A DNA stretch of 64,000 bases from Minisyncoccota bacterium (GCA_022842945.1 JALHOO010000002.1:103180-167179), one strand, 5' to 3'; positions 9,180-17,714 are shown, numbered from the stretch's first letter. Made by a program: numbers and translations. The notes: generated by a model not told the origin, from the sequence alone.

Positions 9180-10571
9180 ATGTTGGACCTAAAAACAATC
9201 AATTCAGTGCTCGGGGAGTTCGAGGAGCGCGGCATCACCAAGGAAACCATGGTGGATGCTATCGAGCAGGCTATGGCAACTGCCTATAAGAAGGAGTACG
9301 GAAAGCGTGGCCAGGTAGTACGCGGCATGCTTGATATGAACTCAGGCACCGTTTCCTTTGAGCAGGTTAAGACTATCGTTGACGAGACGATGGTGCGCTT
9401 CCCTGAGGAAGGCGAGGAAGTTGCTGAGCTCCCCGCACACCACCCGCACTTCGACCGCGAGGAAGAAGTAGTCGAGGGCGAACTCCCTCGCTACGACGCT
9501 GAAAAGCACATCCTTCTAGAGGACGCGAAGCGCATTAAGCGCACCGCGGAGCTTGGCGAAGAGATTATCTTCCCTCTTGAGCCTCAGGACGACTTTGGCC
9601 GCATTGCTGCACAGACCGCAAAGCAGGTGGTTATCCAGAAGATCCGTGAGGCAGAGAAGCTTTCTATCCTCGACGAGTTCGGACACAAGAAGGGCGAGAT
9701 TGTTACAGGTATTGTGCAGCGCGCAGAGCGCGGAGCAATCTTCGTAGACCTTGGTCGCGCCACCGGTATTATTCCCTACGAGGAGCAAATTCCTGGAGAG
9801 CGCTACCGTCCAGGAGAGCGCATTAGCGCATACCTCTACGCCGTTGATGAAGGATTCCGTGGCGTATACCTTCGCCTTTCTCGTAGCCACCCACGCTTCC
9901 TCACCCGTCTATTCGAAATGGAGGTTCCGGAGCTTGCTGCGGGTTCTATTGAAATCAAGGGTCTCGCGCGCGAGCCAGGAAGCCGCACCAAGATTGCTAT
10001 CGCTTCGAACGATCCGCACGTAGACCCAGTTGGCTCACTCGTTGGCCAGCGCGGTGTTCGTGTATCTACCGTTATGGCAGCACTCGGTGGCGAGCGCATC
10101 GACATCATCGAATGGTCTGAGGACCAGGCTGCTTATATCAAGGAGTCTCTTTCTCCAGCAACTATCGTTAGCGTAGAGCTCGACGAGGAAGGACATCGTG
10201 CGAGTGTCACCGTTACCGAAGACCAGCAGTCACTCGCTATTGGTCGCGGCGGACAGAACGTGCGCCTTGCGGCAAAGCTCACCGGCTGGAACATCGACAT
10301 CATGGCCGTTGGCGGCGAGAACGTCGCTGAGAGCGAAGTTCCCGAGGAGAAGTCTGAGGACGTAGTGTCTGACGAGTCCGTTGCTGCTCTTGAGAACGCT
10401 GAGGACATGGACCCAGCCGTTGCTGCGGGTATTGACCCTACAGAGACGGGGTCTGTTGTCTCCGAAGACGATACCTCAGACAGCACCCTTACCGTTGAAG
10501 ACGAGACCGCTTTTGACGACAACGGTCCTGTCGCAGATGCTGAAGAAGCGCGCGACGAGTCTGCAGCATAG
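9180..10571 (+). CDS. nusA: Transcription factor NusA with acidic tail
   Basis: FGRIAAQTAKQV, AREPGSRTKIA, SLAIGRGGQNVRLAAKLTGW. Confidence 0.97.
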   Translation: MLDLKTINSVLGEFEERGITKETMVDAIEQAMATAYKKEYGKRGQVVRGMLDMNSGTVSFEQVKTIVDETMVRFPEEGEEVAELPAHHPHFDREEEVVEGELPRYDAEKHILLEDAKRIKRTAELGEEIIFPLEPQDDFGRIAAQTAKQVVIQKIREAEKLSILDEFGHKKGEIVTGIVQRAERGAIFVDLGRATGIIPYEEQIPGERYRPGERISAYLYAVDEGFRGVYLRLSRSHPRFLTRLFEMEVPELAAGSIEIKGLAREPGSRTKIAIASNDPHVDPVGSLVGQRGVRVSTVMAALGGERIDIIEWSEDQAAYIKESLSPATIVSVELDEEGHRASVTVTEDQQSLAIGRGGQNVRLAAKLTGWNIDIMAVGGENVAESEVPEEKSEDVVSDESVAALENAEDMDPAVAAGIDPTETGSVVSEDDTSDSTLTVEDETAFDDNGPVADAEEARDESAA

Positions 10572-10583
10572 TACCCTGTACAC

Positions 10584-11105
10584 ATGAACCTTCTTCACGA
10601 CATTGCTCCGGGCACGAAGGACGAGATGAATGTCATCATCGAGATTCCTCGCGGCTCGCACAACAAGTATGAGATTGATAAGGAGACCGGCATCATCGCG
10701 CTTGATCGTGTGCTGCACACTGCACAGACCTATCCGTTTGACTACGGATTCGTGCCGCAGACGCTCTGGGATGATGGGGACGCACTTGATGTAGTGCTTC
10801 TCACTACCAACCCTCTTCTTCCAGGTATCTTGGTTCGCGCACGCCCTATCGCAACGCTTCCTATGATTGATGGTGGCGACTCGGACGAGAAGATTCTTGC
10901 CGTTCCCATAGCCGATCCTCGCTTCGCTGATGTGAAGGACTTAAGCGATGTGAACAAGCACACCCTTAAGGAAATCGCGCACTTCTTCGAAACCTACAAG
11001 AAGATTCAGGACAAGGAAGTGTCTCTTGGTGCCTGGGCTGACAAAGCAGCAGCTCAAGCAGCATTTGAGCGCTCCGTTGGACTCTACGCACAGAAGAACG
11101 CGTAA
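10584..11105 (+). CDS. ppa: Inorganic pyrophosphatase, family I
   Basis: KYEIDK, YPFDYGFVPQT, DGDALD, HFFETYK. Confidence 0.96.
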   Translation: MNLLHDIAPGTKDEMNVIIEIPRGSHNKYEIDKETGIIALDRVLHTAQTYPFDYGFVPQTLWDDGDALDVVLLTTNPLLPGILVRARPIATLPMIDGGDSDEKILAVPIADPRFADVKDLSDVNKHTLKEIAHFFETYKKIQDKEVSLGAWADKAAAQAAFERSVGLYAQKNA

Positions 11106-11117
11106 GAAACTCTCTTG

Positions 11118-11154
11118 GAATACAGCCGGCTTCATAGAGAAGCCGGCTGTATTC
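11118..11154. terminator. Hairpin after ppa
   Basis: 16-bp inverted repeat GAATACAGCCGGCTTC/GAAGCCGGCTGTATTC. Confidence 0.6.
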
Positions 11155-11226
11155 GTATCCCCACCCCGTACTCTGCCTCTCCCCCCTTCGCCTATACTTA
11201 ACCTTAGTTACCCTAATCAATCACCT

Positions 11227-11499
11227 ATGGAACAAGCACCTGACCAGAACACCAACACCACCCCTCCCCCAGCAATGCCGCCTGTTGCAGAGGAAGCAAA
11301 GGGTCCCGCATACGGCTCCATCCTCGGTATCATCCTCATCGTGGCTATTCTTGTCGCGGGAGCGTTCTATGTGTGGAACGAGCGCATCAACATGGACACG
11401 AACACAGTTGAGGGTGAAGTGCTTCCAGACGGTTCCATGCCAACGGTTGAGGGTGCTGCTGACGTAGAGGAGGGTCCAAACGGCCCGATGCCAATCTAA
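11227..11499 (+). CDS. Small single-TM protein
   Basis: MEQAPDQ...GSILGIILIVAILVAGAFYVW. Confidence 0.75.
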   Translation: MEQAPDQNTNTTPPPAMPPVAEEAKGPAYGSILGIILIVAILVAGAFYVWNERINMDTNTVEGEVLPDGSMPTVEGAADVEEGPNGPMPI

Positions 11500-11578
11500 T
11501 ACGCGCATCATAAGAAAACGCCCCACCTACATGGGGCGTTTTCTCTTATCCGTCGAGCTTTGGTAATATGACCAGACT

Positions 11579-12187
11579 ATGGAATACAAAAATACTAATC
11601 CCCGTGCAATGCTCGTGCCGATGGTTGTAGAGAAGTCGCAGTTCGGCGAGCGTGGCTACGATATCTACTCCCGCCTCTTGAAGGACCGCATCGTCTTCCT
11701 TGGTGGCGGCATCGATGACGATATGGCGAACCTCATCATCGCCCAGCTCCTCTTTCTTGAGTCTGAGGACCCGAAGAAGGACATTTCGCTCTATGTGAAC
11801 TCTCCCGGTGGCTCCGTTACAGCAGGTCTCGCCATTCTCGACACCATGAACCATGTGAAGCCAGACGTCTCTACGGTTGTGGTTGGTATGGCGGCAAGTG
11901 CAGCTGCGGTTATTCTCGCAGCAGGCGCCAAGGGAAAGCGCTTCGCGCTTCCGAATGCTGAGGTTATGATCCACCAGCCATGGGGCGGAGCTCAGGGCCA
12001 GGCAGCTGACATTGAGATTACAGCCAAGCACATCCTCCTTACCCGCGATCGTTTGAACAAGATTCTTGCGAAGAGCACCGGACAGCCTCTCTCAAAGATT
12101 GAGAAGGACGTTGATCGCGACTACTTTATGATGGCGGAAGATGCGAAGAAGTACGGACTTGTAGACCAAGTGTACAAGAGCAAGTAG
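11579..12187 (+). CDS. clpP: ATP-dependent Clp protease proteolytic subunit
   Basis: [33 protein letters not shown]. Confidence 0.97.
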   Translation: MEYKNTNPRAMLVPMVVEKSQFGERGYDIYSRLLKDRIVFLGGGIDDDMANLIIAQLLFLESEDPKKDISLYVNSPGGSVTAGLAILDTMNHVKPDVSTVVVGMAASAAAVILAAGAKGKRFALPNAEVMIHQPWGGAQGQAADIEITAKHILLTRDRLNKILAKSTGQPLSKIEKDVDRDYFMMAEDAKKYGLVDQVYKSK

Positions 12188-12197
12188 ATTCAATTTC

Positions 12198-12236
12198 AAT
12201 CAAACAGCCGCTCTCTCTGAGAGCGGCTGTTTGATT
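12198..12236 (+). terminator. Intrinsic terminator after clpP
   Basis: 18-bp inverted repeat with T-rich 3' arm. Confidence 0.7.
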
Positions 12237-12372
12237 TGCGAAACCCCAAAAAAGTGTTATTTTATAAGGGTTCTGGGGAATTCTGCTTTACAGAAACGGC
12301 TGAAATACTGCGTTCCCGAACCTAATTTGCTTGCAAACCCTTCGCGTACGCGCGAAGGACCCATCCACCGGT

Positions 12373-13902
12373 ATGTCCATAAAGATAATATTGAGCCTTT
12401 TGGCGCTTTCCGGCCTCGCCGGTATTGCGCTTGGGTACGTGCTTCGCCTCTTAATTGCACTCGGCCAGCGCGGGTCGCTTGAGATAGAGGTTAAGCAAAA
12501 GATGCTCGAAACCAAGGAGCGCGCGAACCGCGTCCTTGAGGACGCTGAGGACCGTGCCCGCAAGCTTGAAGAAGAGCGTGCCCTTCCCCTGAAGGAACAA
12601 GAGGAGAAGATAGCAAAGCTAACAGAGCGCATCAACAAGCGCGAGGAGTTTCTTGATGAGCGTGAGCGAGCGCTCGCCATTGACCTTGAGGAGGTTAAGA
12701 ACCGCGAGAACGAAGTAGCGAACCTGAAGCGTGACGCAGAGAAACTTCGTGACGAGCGCAGACAGGAACTGGTGCGCGTGGGACGTCTCTCAGAGAAGGA
12801 TGCGAAAACCGCCCTTCTCAAAGACCTTGAGGACAGCCACGAGGAGAGTGTGCTTGCACGCCTCCAGAAGCTTGCCGCAAATGGCCGCGAACAACTTGAA
12901 GAGAAGAGTCGTGCCATCCTCCTTGCAACCGTACATCGCATGGCAGGGGCCGTTAACAGCGAGGTTATGACGCTTTCCGTTACGATTCCTTCTGAAGAGG
13001 TTAAGGGAAAGATTATCGGCAAAGAAGGACGTAACATTAAGGCCTTTGAGCGCGCTACCGGTGTCGACGTTATTATCGACGACGCTCCGGACAAGATAAC
13101 GCTCTCATCGTTCGATCCCCTTCGCCGCCACATCGCAAAGCTCGCGCTTGAGAGTCTTATAGAGGATGGCCGTATACAGCCCGCAAAGATTGAAGAGGCA
13201 GTTGAGAAGGCAAAGGCTGAAGTTGCTGAGGCAGTTAAACAAAAGGGTGAGCAGGCGGCATACGAGGTTGGTGTTATAGGCCTCGATCCACGTCTTGTAG
13301 CACTCCTTGGACGTCTGCACTTCCGCACCAGCTACGGACAGAATGTCCTCCAGCATTCAATTGAAATGGCACACATCGCAGGCATGCTCGCGTCTGAGCT
13401 GGGTGCTGACAGTGACGTCGCAAAAGCTGGCGCACTCCTTCATGACATCGGAAAGGCTGTTGATCACGAAGTTGAAGGCACGCATGTAGAAATTGGACGC
13501 CGCATCCTCGAGAAATTCGGCGTTGCAAAGCCGGTTATTCAGGCCATGCAGTCGCACCATGAGGAGTATCCGTATGAAACACCGGAATCTATGATCGTGC
13601 AGGCGGCAGATGCCCTCTCCGCAGGGCGCCCTGGAGCTCGTAGAGACACCGTAGAGCGCTATCTAGAGCGCCTTACGGACCTGGAGCGCATTGCGCGGGG
13701 ATATGAAGGCGTTGAGAAGGTATACGCTATCTCTGCAGGGCGTGAAATAAGGATATTCGTGAACCCAGGCAAGGTCTCAGACCTGGCGATGCACAGAATG
13801 GCACGTGATATTGCTGAGCGCGTACAGCAGGAACTCAAGTATCCAGGCGAAATCAAGGTTAACGTGATTCGGGAGAACAGAGTGGTTGAGTTTGCGCGCT
13901 AA
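12373..13902 (+). CDS. rny: Ribonuclease Y
   Basis: N-terminal TM, coiled coil, KH domain (KGKIIGKEGRNI), HD domain (LLHDIGK), SYGQNVLQHS. Confidence 0.96.
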   Translation: MSIKIILSLLALSGLAGIALGYVLRLLIALGQRGSLEIEVKQKMLETKERANRVLEDAEDRARKLEEERALPLKEQEEKIAKLTERINKREEFLDERERALAIDLEEVKNRENEVANLKRDAEKLRDERRQELVRVGRLSEKDAKTALLKDLEDSHEESVLARLQKLAANGREQLEEKSRAILLATVHRMAGAVNSEVMTLSVTIPSEEVKGKIIGKEGRNIKAFERATGVDVIIDDAPDKITLSSFDPLRRHIAKLALESLIEDGRIQPAKIEEAVEKAKAEVAEAVKQKGEQAAYEVGVIGLDPRLVALLGRLHFRTSYGQNVLQHSIEMAHIAGMLASELGADSDVAKAGALLHDIGKAVDHEVEGTHVEIGRRILEKFGVAKPVIQAMQSHHEEYPYETPESMIVQAADALSAGRPGARRDTVERYLERLTDLERIARGYEGVEKVYAISAGREIRIFVNPGKVSDLAMHRMARDIAERVQQELKYPGEIKVNVIRENRVVEFAR

Positions 13903-14071
13903 TTGATCCCTTGTGAAATCCGCTATTTCTCACGAAATAGCGGATTTTGCATTATCCCCCGGATTTTTCAAGCCCTATTGCACAATATGGCTCATTTCCT
14001 ATACTTCTCAGGTAGCCCTTTTGTAGGGCTTTACAAAAAAGCCCTACCAGGGAATAACCCTCATTACGTAC

Positions 14072-14344
14072 ATGAACAAAGCAGACATCGCAGTAAAGGT
14101 GCAGGAGGTGCTCGGCGGAACAAAGGCTGACGCAGAGCGCGCAGTTGAAACTGTTATTGCAAGCATCACTGATGGCCTTAAGAGCGGCGACGAAGTTTCG
14201 ATCGCAGGTCTTGGTATCTTCAGCGCGAAGGCTCGTCCTGCGCGCACCGGACGCAATCCACGCACCGGCGAGACCATCAAGATTGCCGCAACGCGCACAC
14301 CAAAGTTCCGTGCAGCAAAGGCACTCAAGGACGCGGTTAAGTAG
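14072..14344 (+). CDS. hup: DNA-binding protein HU
   Basis: MNKAD, GLGIF, ARTGRNPRTGE, PKFRAAKALKDAV. Confidence 0.96.
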   Translation: MNKADIAVKVQEVLGGTKADAERAVETVIASITDGLKSGDEVSIAGLGIFSAKARPARTGRNPRTGETIKIAATRTPKFRAAKALKDAVK

Positions 14345-14359
14345 ATAAACGTTTGTTAC

Positions 14360-14389
14360 AGAAAGGCCCCGCTTGTGCGGGGCCTTTCT
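14360..14389. terminator. Bidirectional terminator
   Basis: AGAAAGGCCCCGC-ttgt-GCGGGGCCTTTCT between convergent genes. Confidence 0.75.
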
Positions 14390-14409
14390 CTTTTCTGTTC
14401 TCTGTAGAA

Positions 14410-15615
14410 CTATAGGGCGTCAACTGCCTCTTCAGCGAGATCCATTGCCTCTTCAGCGTAGTCTATGGCGTCGTCATAGTCTTCGTCGTCGAAGGCGTCT
14501 TCTGCGTCGTTAAGTGCGTCCTCAGCCTCATCGAGAAGATCTTCTGCTTTGTTAATCTTCGAGCTTGAGCTATTGGAGTCATCAATTTCATCGCGCGCAT
14601 CGTCAATTGCATCCTTTGCGTCATCAATGGCGTCTTCTGCATCGTCCTCATCTCCTCCACTTGAGTTGCGTGAGTCAATCTCGTCGAGCGCTTCGTCAAT
14701 GAGGTCCATTGCCTCTTCTGCATACTCTATGGCGTCTTTATAGTCACCGTCATCAAATGCATCCTCTGCATCCTTAATGAGGTCGTCAGCCTCGTCGAGA
14801 AGGTCCTCTGCCTTGTCGGTATCCTCACCGTCATCATAGGCTTCATCTACCTCATCCTTGGCATCATCAAGTGCATCGTTCGCGTCGTCGATGAGGTCTT
14901 CAGCATCCGCTTCCGACTCCTTGCTTCCAACTCCCTCGATCTCATCAAGTGCTTCGTTAACAAGATCCTCTGCTTCCTCAGCAAGATCAAGTGCCTCGCT
15001 GTAGTCTTTGTCAACGAACGCGTAGAGCGCTTCAGTGAGTACGTCGTCAGCTTCAGCAAGAAGTGTCTTAGAGCTTCCTAGATTGTTGCCGTCATCTTTC
15101 GCGTCGTCGTAGTCGTCCTGAGCATCCTCATGTGCATCACGCGCATCGAGTATGGCGTTGCGCGCTGAATTCTCCTGTGTGGAACTCGGCTGTGGAGACG
15201 GAATAACTGGCGTCGTTGGCTGTGGGACTGGTGTTGTGGGTGCCGGTGCTGGAGTTGACGACGTAAGTACGATGTACTTCGCGCGTGAGAGTGGACCGAA
15301 CGTGCCCGTGGCAGGACTAATGCCATTTGCGGCCTGCCACTTCTGTACGGCAGCAACGGTCTTCGTCTGGTACTGATTTGTCTCGAAGCCTTTCGACCCC
15401 ACGCCAGACGCAGAAACAGTGAACCCGTTTGCATTCAGATACCGCTGAAGACAACGGACTGCTTCGGTCTCAACGCCGAGCTCAAGATTGCTTGTAAACG
15501 TACAGGTCGCGGCGCGAGCATTGCTTGGAAGAAGGAGCACGCTTCCTGCGAACGCTATGGCGAATGCAAAAAATAGTGCGCCGCTTCTTTGTAGTGTCTG
15601 GGTATTCATACGCAT
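14410..15615 (-). CDS. Secreted peptidoglycan-binding-domain protein with three acidic helical repeats
   Basis: Signal peptide (ARA), VRCLQRYLN...AVQKWQAANGI...GTFGPLSR PG-binding pattern, P/T linker, D/E/A-rich repeats. Confidence 0.85.
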   Translation of the reverse strand: MRMNTQTLQRSGALFFAFAIAFAGSVLLLPSNARAATCTFTSNLELGVETEAVRCLQRYLNANGFTVSASGVGSKGFETNQYQTKTVAAVQKWQAANGISPATGTFGPLSRAKYIVLTSSTPAPAPTTPVPQPTTPVIPSPQPSSTQENSARNAILDARDAHEDAQDDYDDAKDDGNNLGSSKTLLAEADDVLTEALYAFVDKDYSEALDLAEEAEDLVNEALDEIEGVGSKESEADAEDLIDDANDALDDAKDEVDEAYDDGEDTDKAEDLLDEADDLIKDAEDAFDDGDYKDAIEYAEEAMDLIDEALDEIDSRNSSGGDEDDAEDAIDDAKDAIDDARDEIDDSNSSSSKINKAEDLLDEAEDALNDAEDAFDDEDYDDAIDYAEEAMDLAEEAVDAL

Positions 15616-15734
15616 AATGATCAACTCATAATCGTTCCGAACTCGCACGCAAAGGTGCGACGGATATACAGTAAAGATAGCACGCGCCCATCTGGCGAAT
15701 GCGTGACGATACTCTACAGAACACTCTTAGGTAG

Positions 15735-15805
15735 TGCGGGATAGGAGAATCGGACTCCTGCTCTCAGTTTGGAAAACTGATGTTCTACCATTAAACTAAT
15801 CCCGC
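15735..15805 (-). tRNA. tRNA-Gly(TCC)
   Basis: Cloverleaf; anticodon arm TCAGT-TTTCCAA-ACTGA; T-loop TCCGATT. Confidence 0.9.
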
Positions 15806-15877
15806 TTCGGATTCGAGAATACCACATTCTCTATACTCTTCTACAGATGCCATCTGTGCATCCTGTCAAAAACAAAG

Positions 15878-15948
15878 TCGGGGTGCGGAGAATTGAACTC
15901 CGTCTACTTGTTCCCAAAACAAGCGTACTACCGGTATACGACACCCCG
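15878..15948 (-). tRNA. tRNA-Pro(TGG)
   Basis: CGGGGTG/CACCCCG-A acceptor; CTTGT-TTTGGGA-ACAAG. Confidence 0.92.
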
Positions 15949-16228
15949 ACTTTGCTTTCGACTCACACAGACACCTTCTGGCGGCCGGGAGAGTCTCTCA
16001 CGAATCTCCTGTCTTCGCTATCCTAACAGATTTATAGGATTTGGGCAGATACCCTAGAAAATAGTGGCCGCTACTGAGGTAGTCTTCCCCATTATTCACA
16101 CCCAGATATCCAAGACGTGTCGGATAACGACGTGTCCTTGGGGATAGAAAGTCTTATATACGACTTTAAGGAAAACGTTATGTAATAAGGCTATATTAGG
16201 GACCGTGAAGATTTCTTCAGAAATGTCC

Positions 16229-17427
16229 CTTGTCCTTTATCCCCAGTACTAACAGGTTTGTCCACTGGTATCCCTTGACGGCATAATCTAGTCTGATAGA
16301 CTGTCTTTAATGGCAAAAGAAACCAAGTACGGCCTCACTTCTTTAAAGAAGGACTTCCCCACAGATGAATCCTGCCTTGAGTTCGTCTTCGATAACCTAC
16401 ATAGCCGAGAGTGCTCATGCGGTGGTACTTACTCGCTTTTAAAAGGACGTAAGAAGTTCCAGTGCTCAAAGTGTCGCTTTCAGATAGCTCCGGCTGCGGG
16501 GACGATCTTCCATAAATCAGATACCCCTCTTACGCTCTGGTTCCATGCCCTGTGGGTGTTCTCGAACGCCAAGAGTGGAATCAGTGCCAAGGAGATGGAA
16601 CGTCAGCTTGAGGTTACATACAAGACGGCATGGAGAATGCTGAAGCTCATACGAGAAGCCCTCGGAAAGGACTTCACACGCCTTGGCGGGGATGTTGAGA
16701 CGGATAGCGCGTACTTCGGTGGCAAGGGCGACGGCGGGGAGTACAACGTGCGACAGAGCACTGTGATGCGCTCAAAGGCGCTGGTTATTGGGGCTGTGGA
16801 GCGTGGAGGACGGGTGCGGACAAAAGTGGTCGAGAGGAACAGCGCTGTGGAGCATGGGAAGTTCCTAGAAGAGAACGTGGATCCCCTCTTTGGAACCCGC
16901 CTCATGACAGACAGCACCAGCGTGCTCGACAATGCAGCTCGAGGATACGAGCGCTTTATGGTTAATCACTCAAGGAAGGAGTGGGTGCGAGGGGATGTAC
17001 ACATAAACACCATGGAATCTTTCTGGAGCCATGTTAAGCGCTCTATCAAGGGGACGCACAAGGCGGTATCTAAACAGCACTTGCAGGGGTACCTCGACGC
17101 CTTTGCCTTTCAATGGAGCAATTCACGCAACGACAGGCGTCGGTTCGCGGTTTTGCTCGGTACTGTATTACTCGCTTCAAGAGTGTAAGAAAAGAAGAAC
17201 GATTCATTGGAGCCATTTTAACATTAAACAAAAGCCCCTTTCGGGGCTTTTGCTCGTTTCTAACATCCTTTTGGGAGTAAAGATATGACAGAACCTCCAA
17301 GAAAGACACTAGGACTCTGGCTTTATTGGCCAGCTCGGCTCAAGTGCCGAGGCCTGCTAAGGGCATAGAGAATGGTAGCACAAGCCCCGGCACGGTCAAT
17401 CAAGACCGATGGGGGATAAGTTTCAAG
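16229..17427 (+). mobile_element. IS1595-family insertion sequence (ends tentative)
   Basis: Imperfect inverted repeats CTTGtcctTTATCCCC (16229) and GGGGATAAgtttCAAG (17412-17427) around the transposase; no target duplication seen. Confidence 0.6.
16310..17188 (+). CDS. IS1595-family DDE transposase
   Basis: Zn ribbon (CSC...CSKC), GTIFHKS, YKTAWRML, VETD/LMTD/HINTMESFW. Confidence 0.93.
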   Translation: MAKETKYGLTSLKKDFPTDESCLEFVFDNLHSRECSCGGTYSLLKGRKKFQCSKCRFQIAPAAGTIFHKSDTPLTLWFHALWVFSNAKSGISAKEMERQLEVTYKTAWRMLKLIREALGKDFTRLGGDVETDSAYFGGKGDGGEYNVRQSTVMRSKALVIGAVERGGRVRTKVVERNSAVEHGKFLEENVDPLFGTRLMTDSTSVLDNAARGYERFMVNHSRKEWVRGDVHINTMESFWSHVKRSIKGTHKAVSKQHLQGYLDAFAFQWSNSRNDRRRFAVLLGTVLLASRV

Positions 17428-17516
17428 CGGAGGCGATGGGGTTCGAACCCATGAGACCCTTAGCAAGCCTTCCGAGTTTGGAGCTCGGTGCATTCGACCA
17501 ACTCTGCCACGCCTCC
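17428..17516 (-). tRNA. Class II (Ser-body) tRNA with CCA (Trp) anticodon
   Basis: GGAGGCG/CGCCTCC-G acceptor, GCAGAGTTGGTCGAATGC D-arm, CCGAG-CTCCAAA-CTCGG anticodon arm, 19-nt variable region, ATGGG-TTCGAAC-CCCAT. Confidence 0.9.
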
Positions 17517-17520
17517 TTCA

Positions 17521-17714
17521 GATGTACCTAAACATAAAACCACTTCAGAGGCAGGGACTCGTGGATTCCGAACTTACGTTTGGAAACCCACTAGTTTGGA
17601 GACCGTGGAGTTTCCCCCACGAGTGCCCACCTCTTAAGTGGTTTGGCTATCCTTTCGGATTCCCTGCCGTCTTGCGGTCTCCATGCAAGACATATTCGTA
17701 TGTATAGGTACATC
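17521..17714 (-). ncRNA. Unidentified ~195-nt structured RNA with kissing-loop potential
   Basis: 15/16-bp closing stem, further 9+5+8-bp helix, two basal hairpins, GAAA and GUAA tetraloops on the minus strand, 8-nt loop-loop complementarity. Confidence 0.8.

Noticed and set aside
12288-13328. 346-aa ORF antisense to rny, and many similar shadow ORFs
   Set aside because: Antisense frames of well-supported genes with Ser/Arg-rich non-protein composition.
17070-17366. Small ORFs at the IS right end
   Set aside because: Short, partly overlapping the transposase or terminator, with no recognisable motif; cannot be supported.
17522-17707. 61-aa ORF over the structured RNA
   Set aside because: No start signals or protein features; extensive pairing and minus-strand GNRA loops favour an RNA.
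17521-17714. Lysine riboswitch, T-box, SRP, RNase P or 6S identity for the structured RNA
   Set aside because: It lies downstream of lysA, not upstream; no T-box UGGN antiterminator, SRP helix-8 consensus, RNase P P4 motif or symmetric 6S bubble seen by eye. An Rfam search is still needed.
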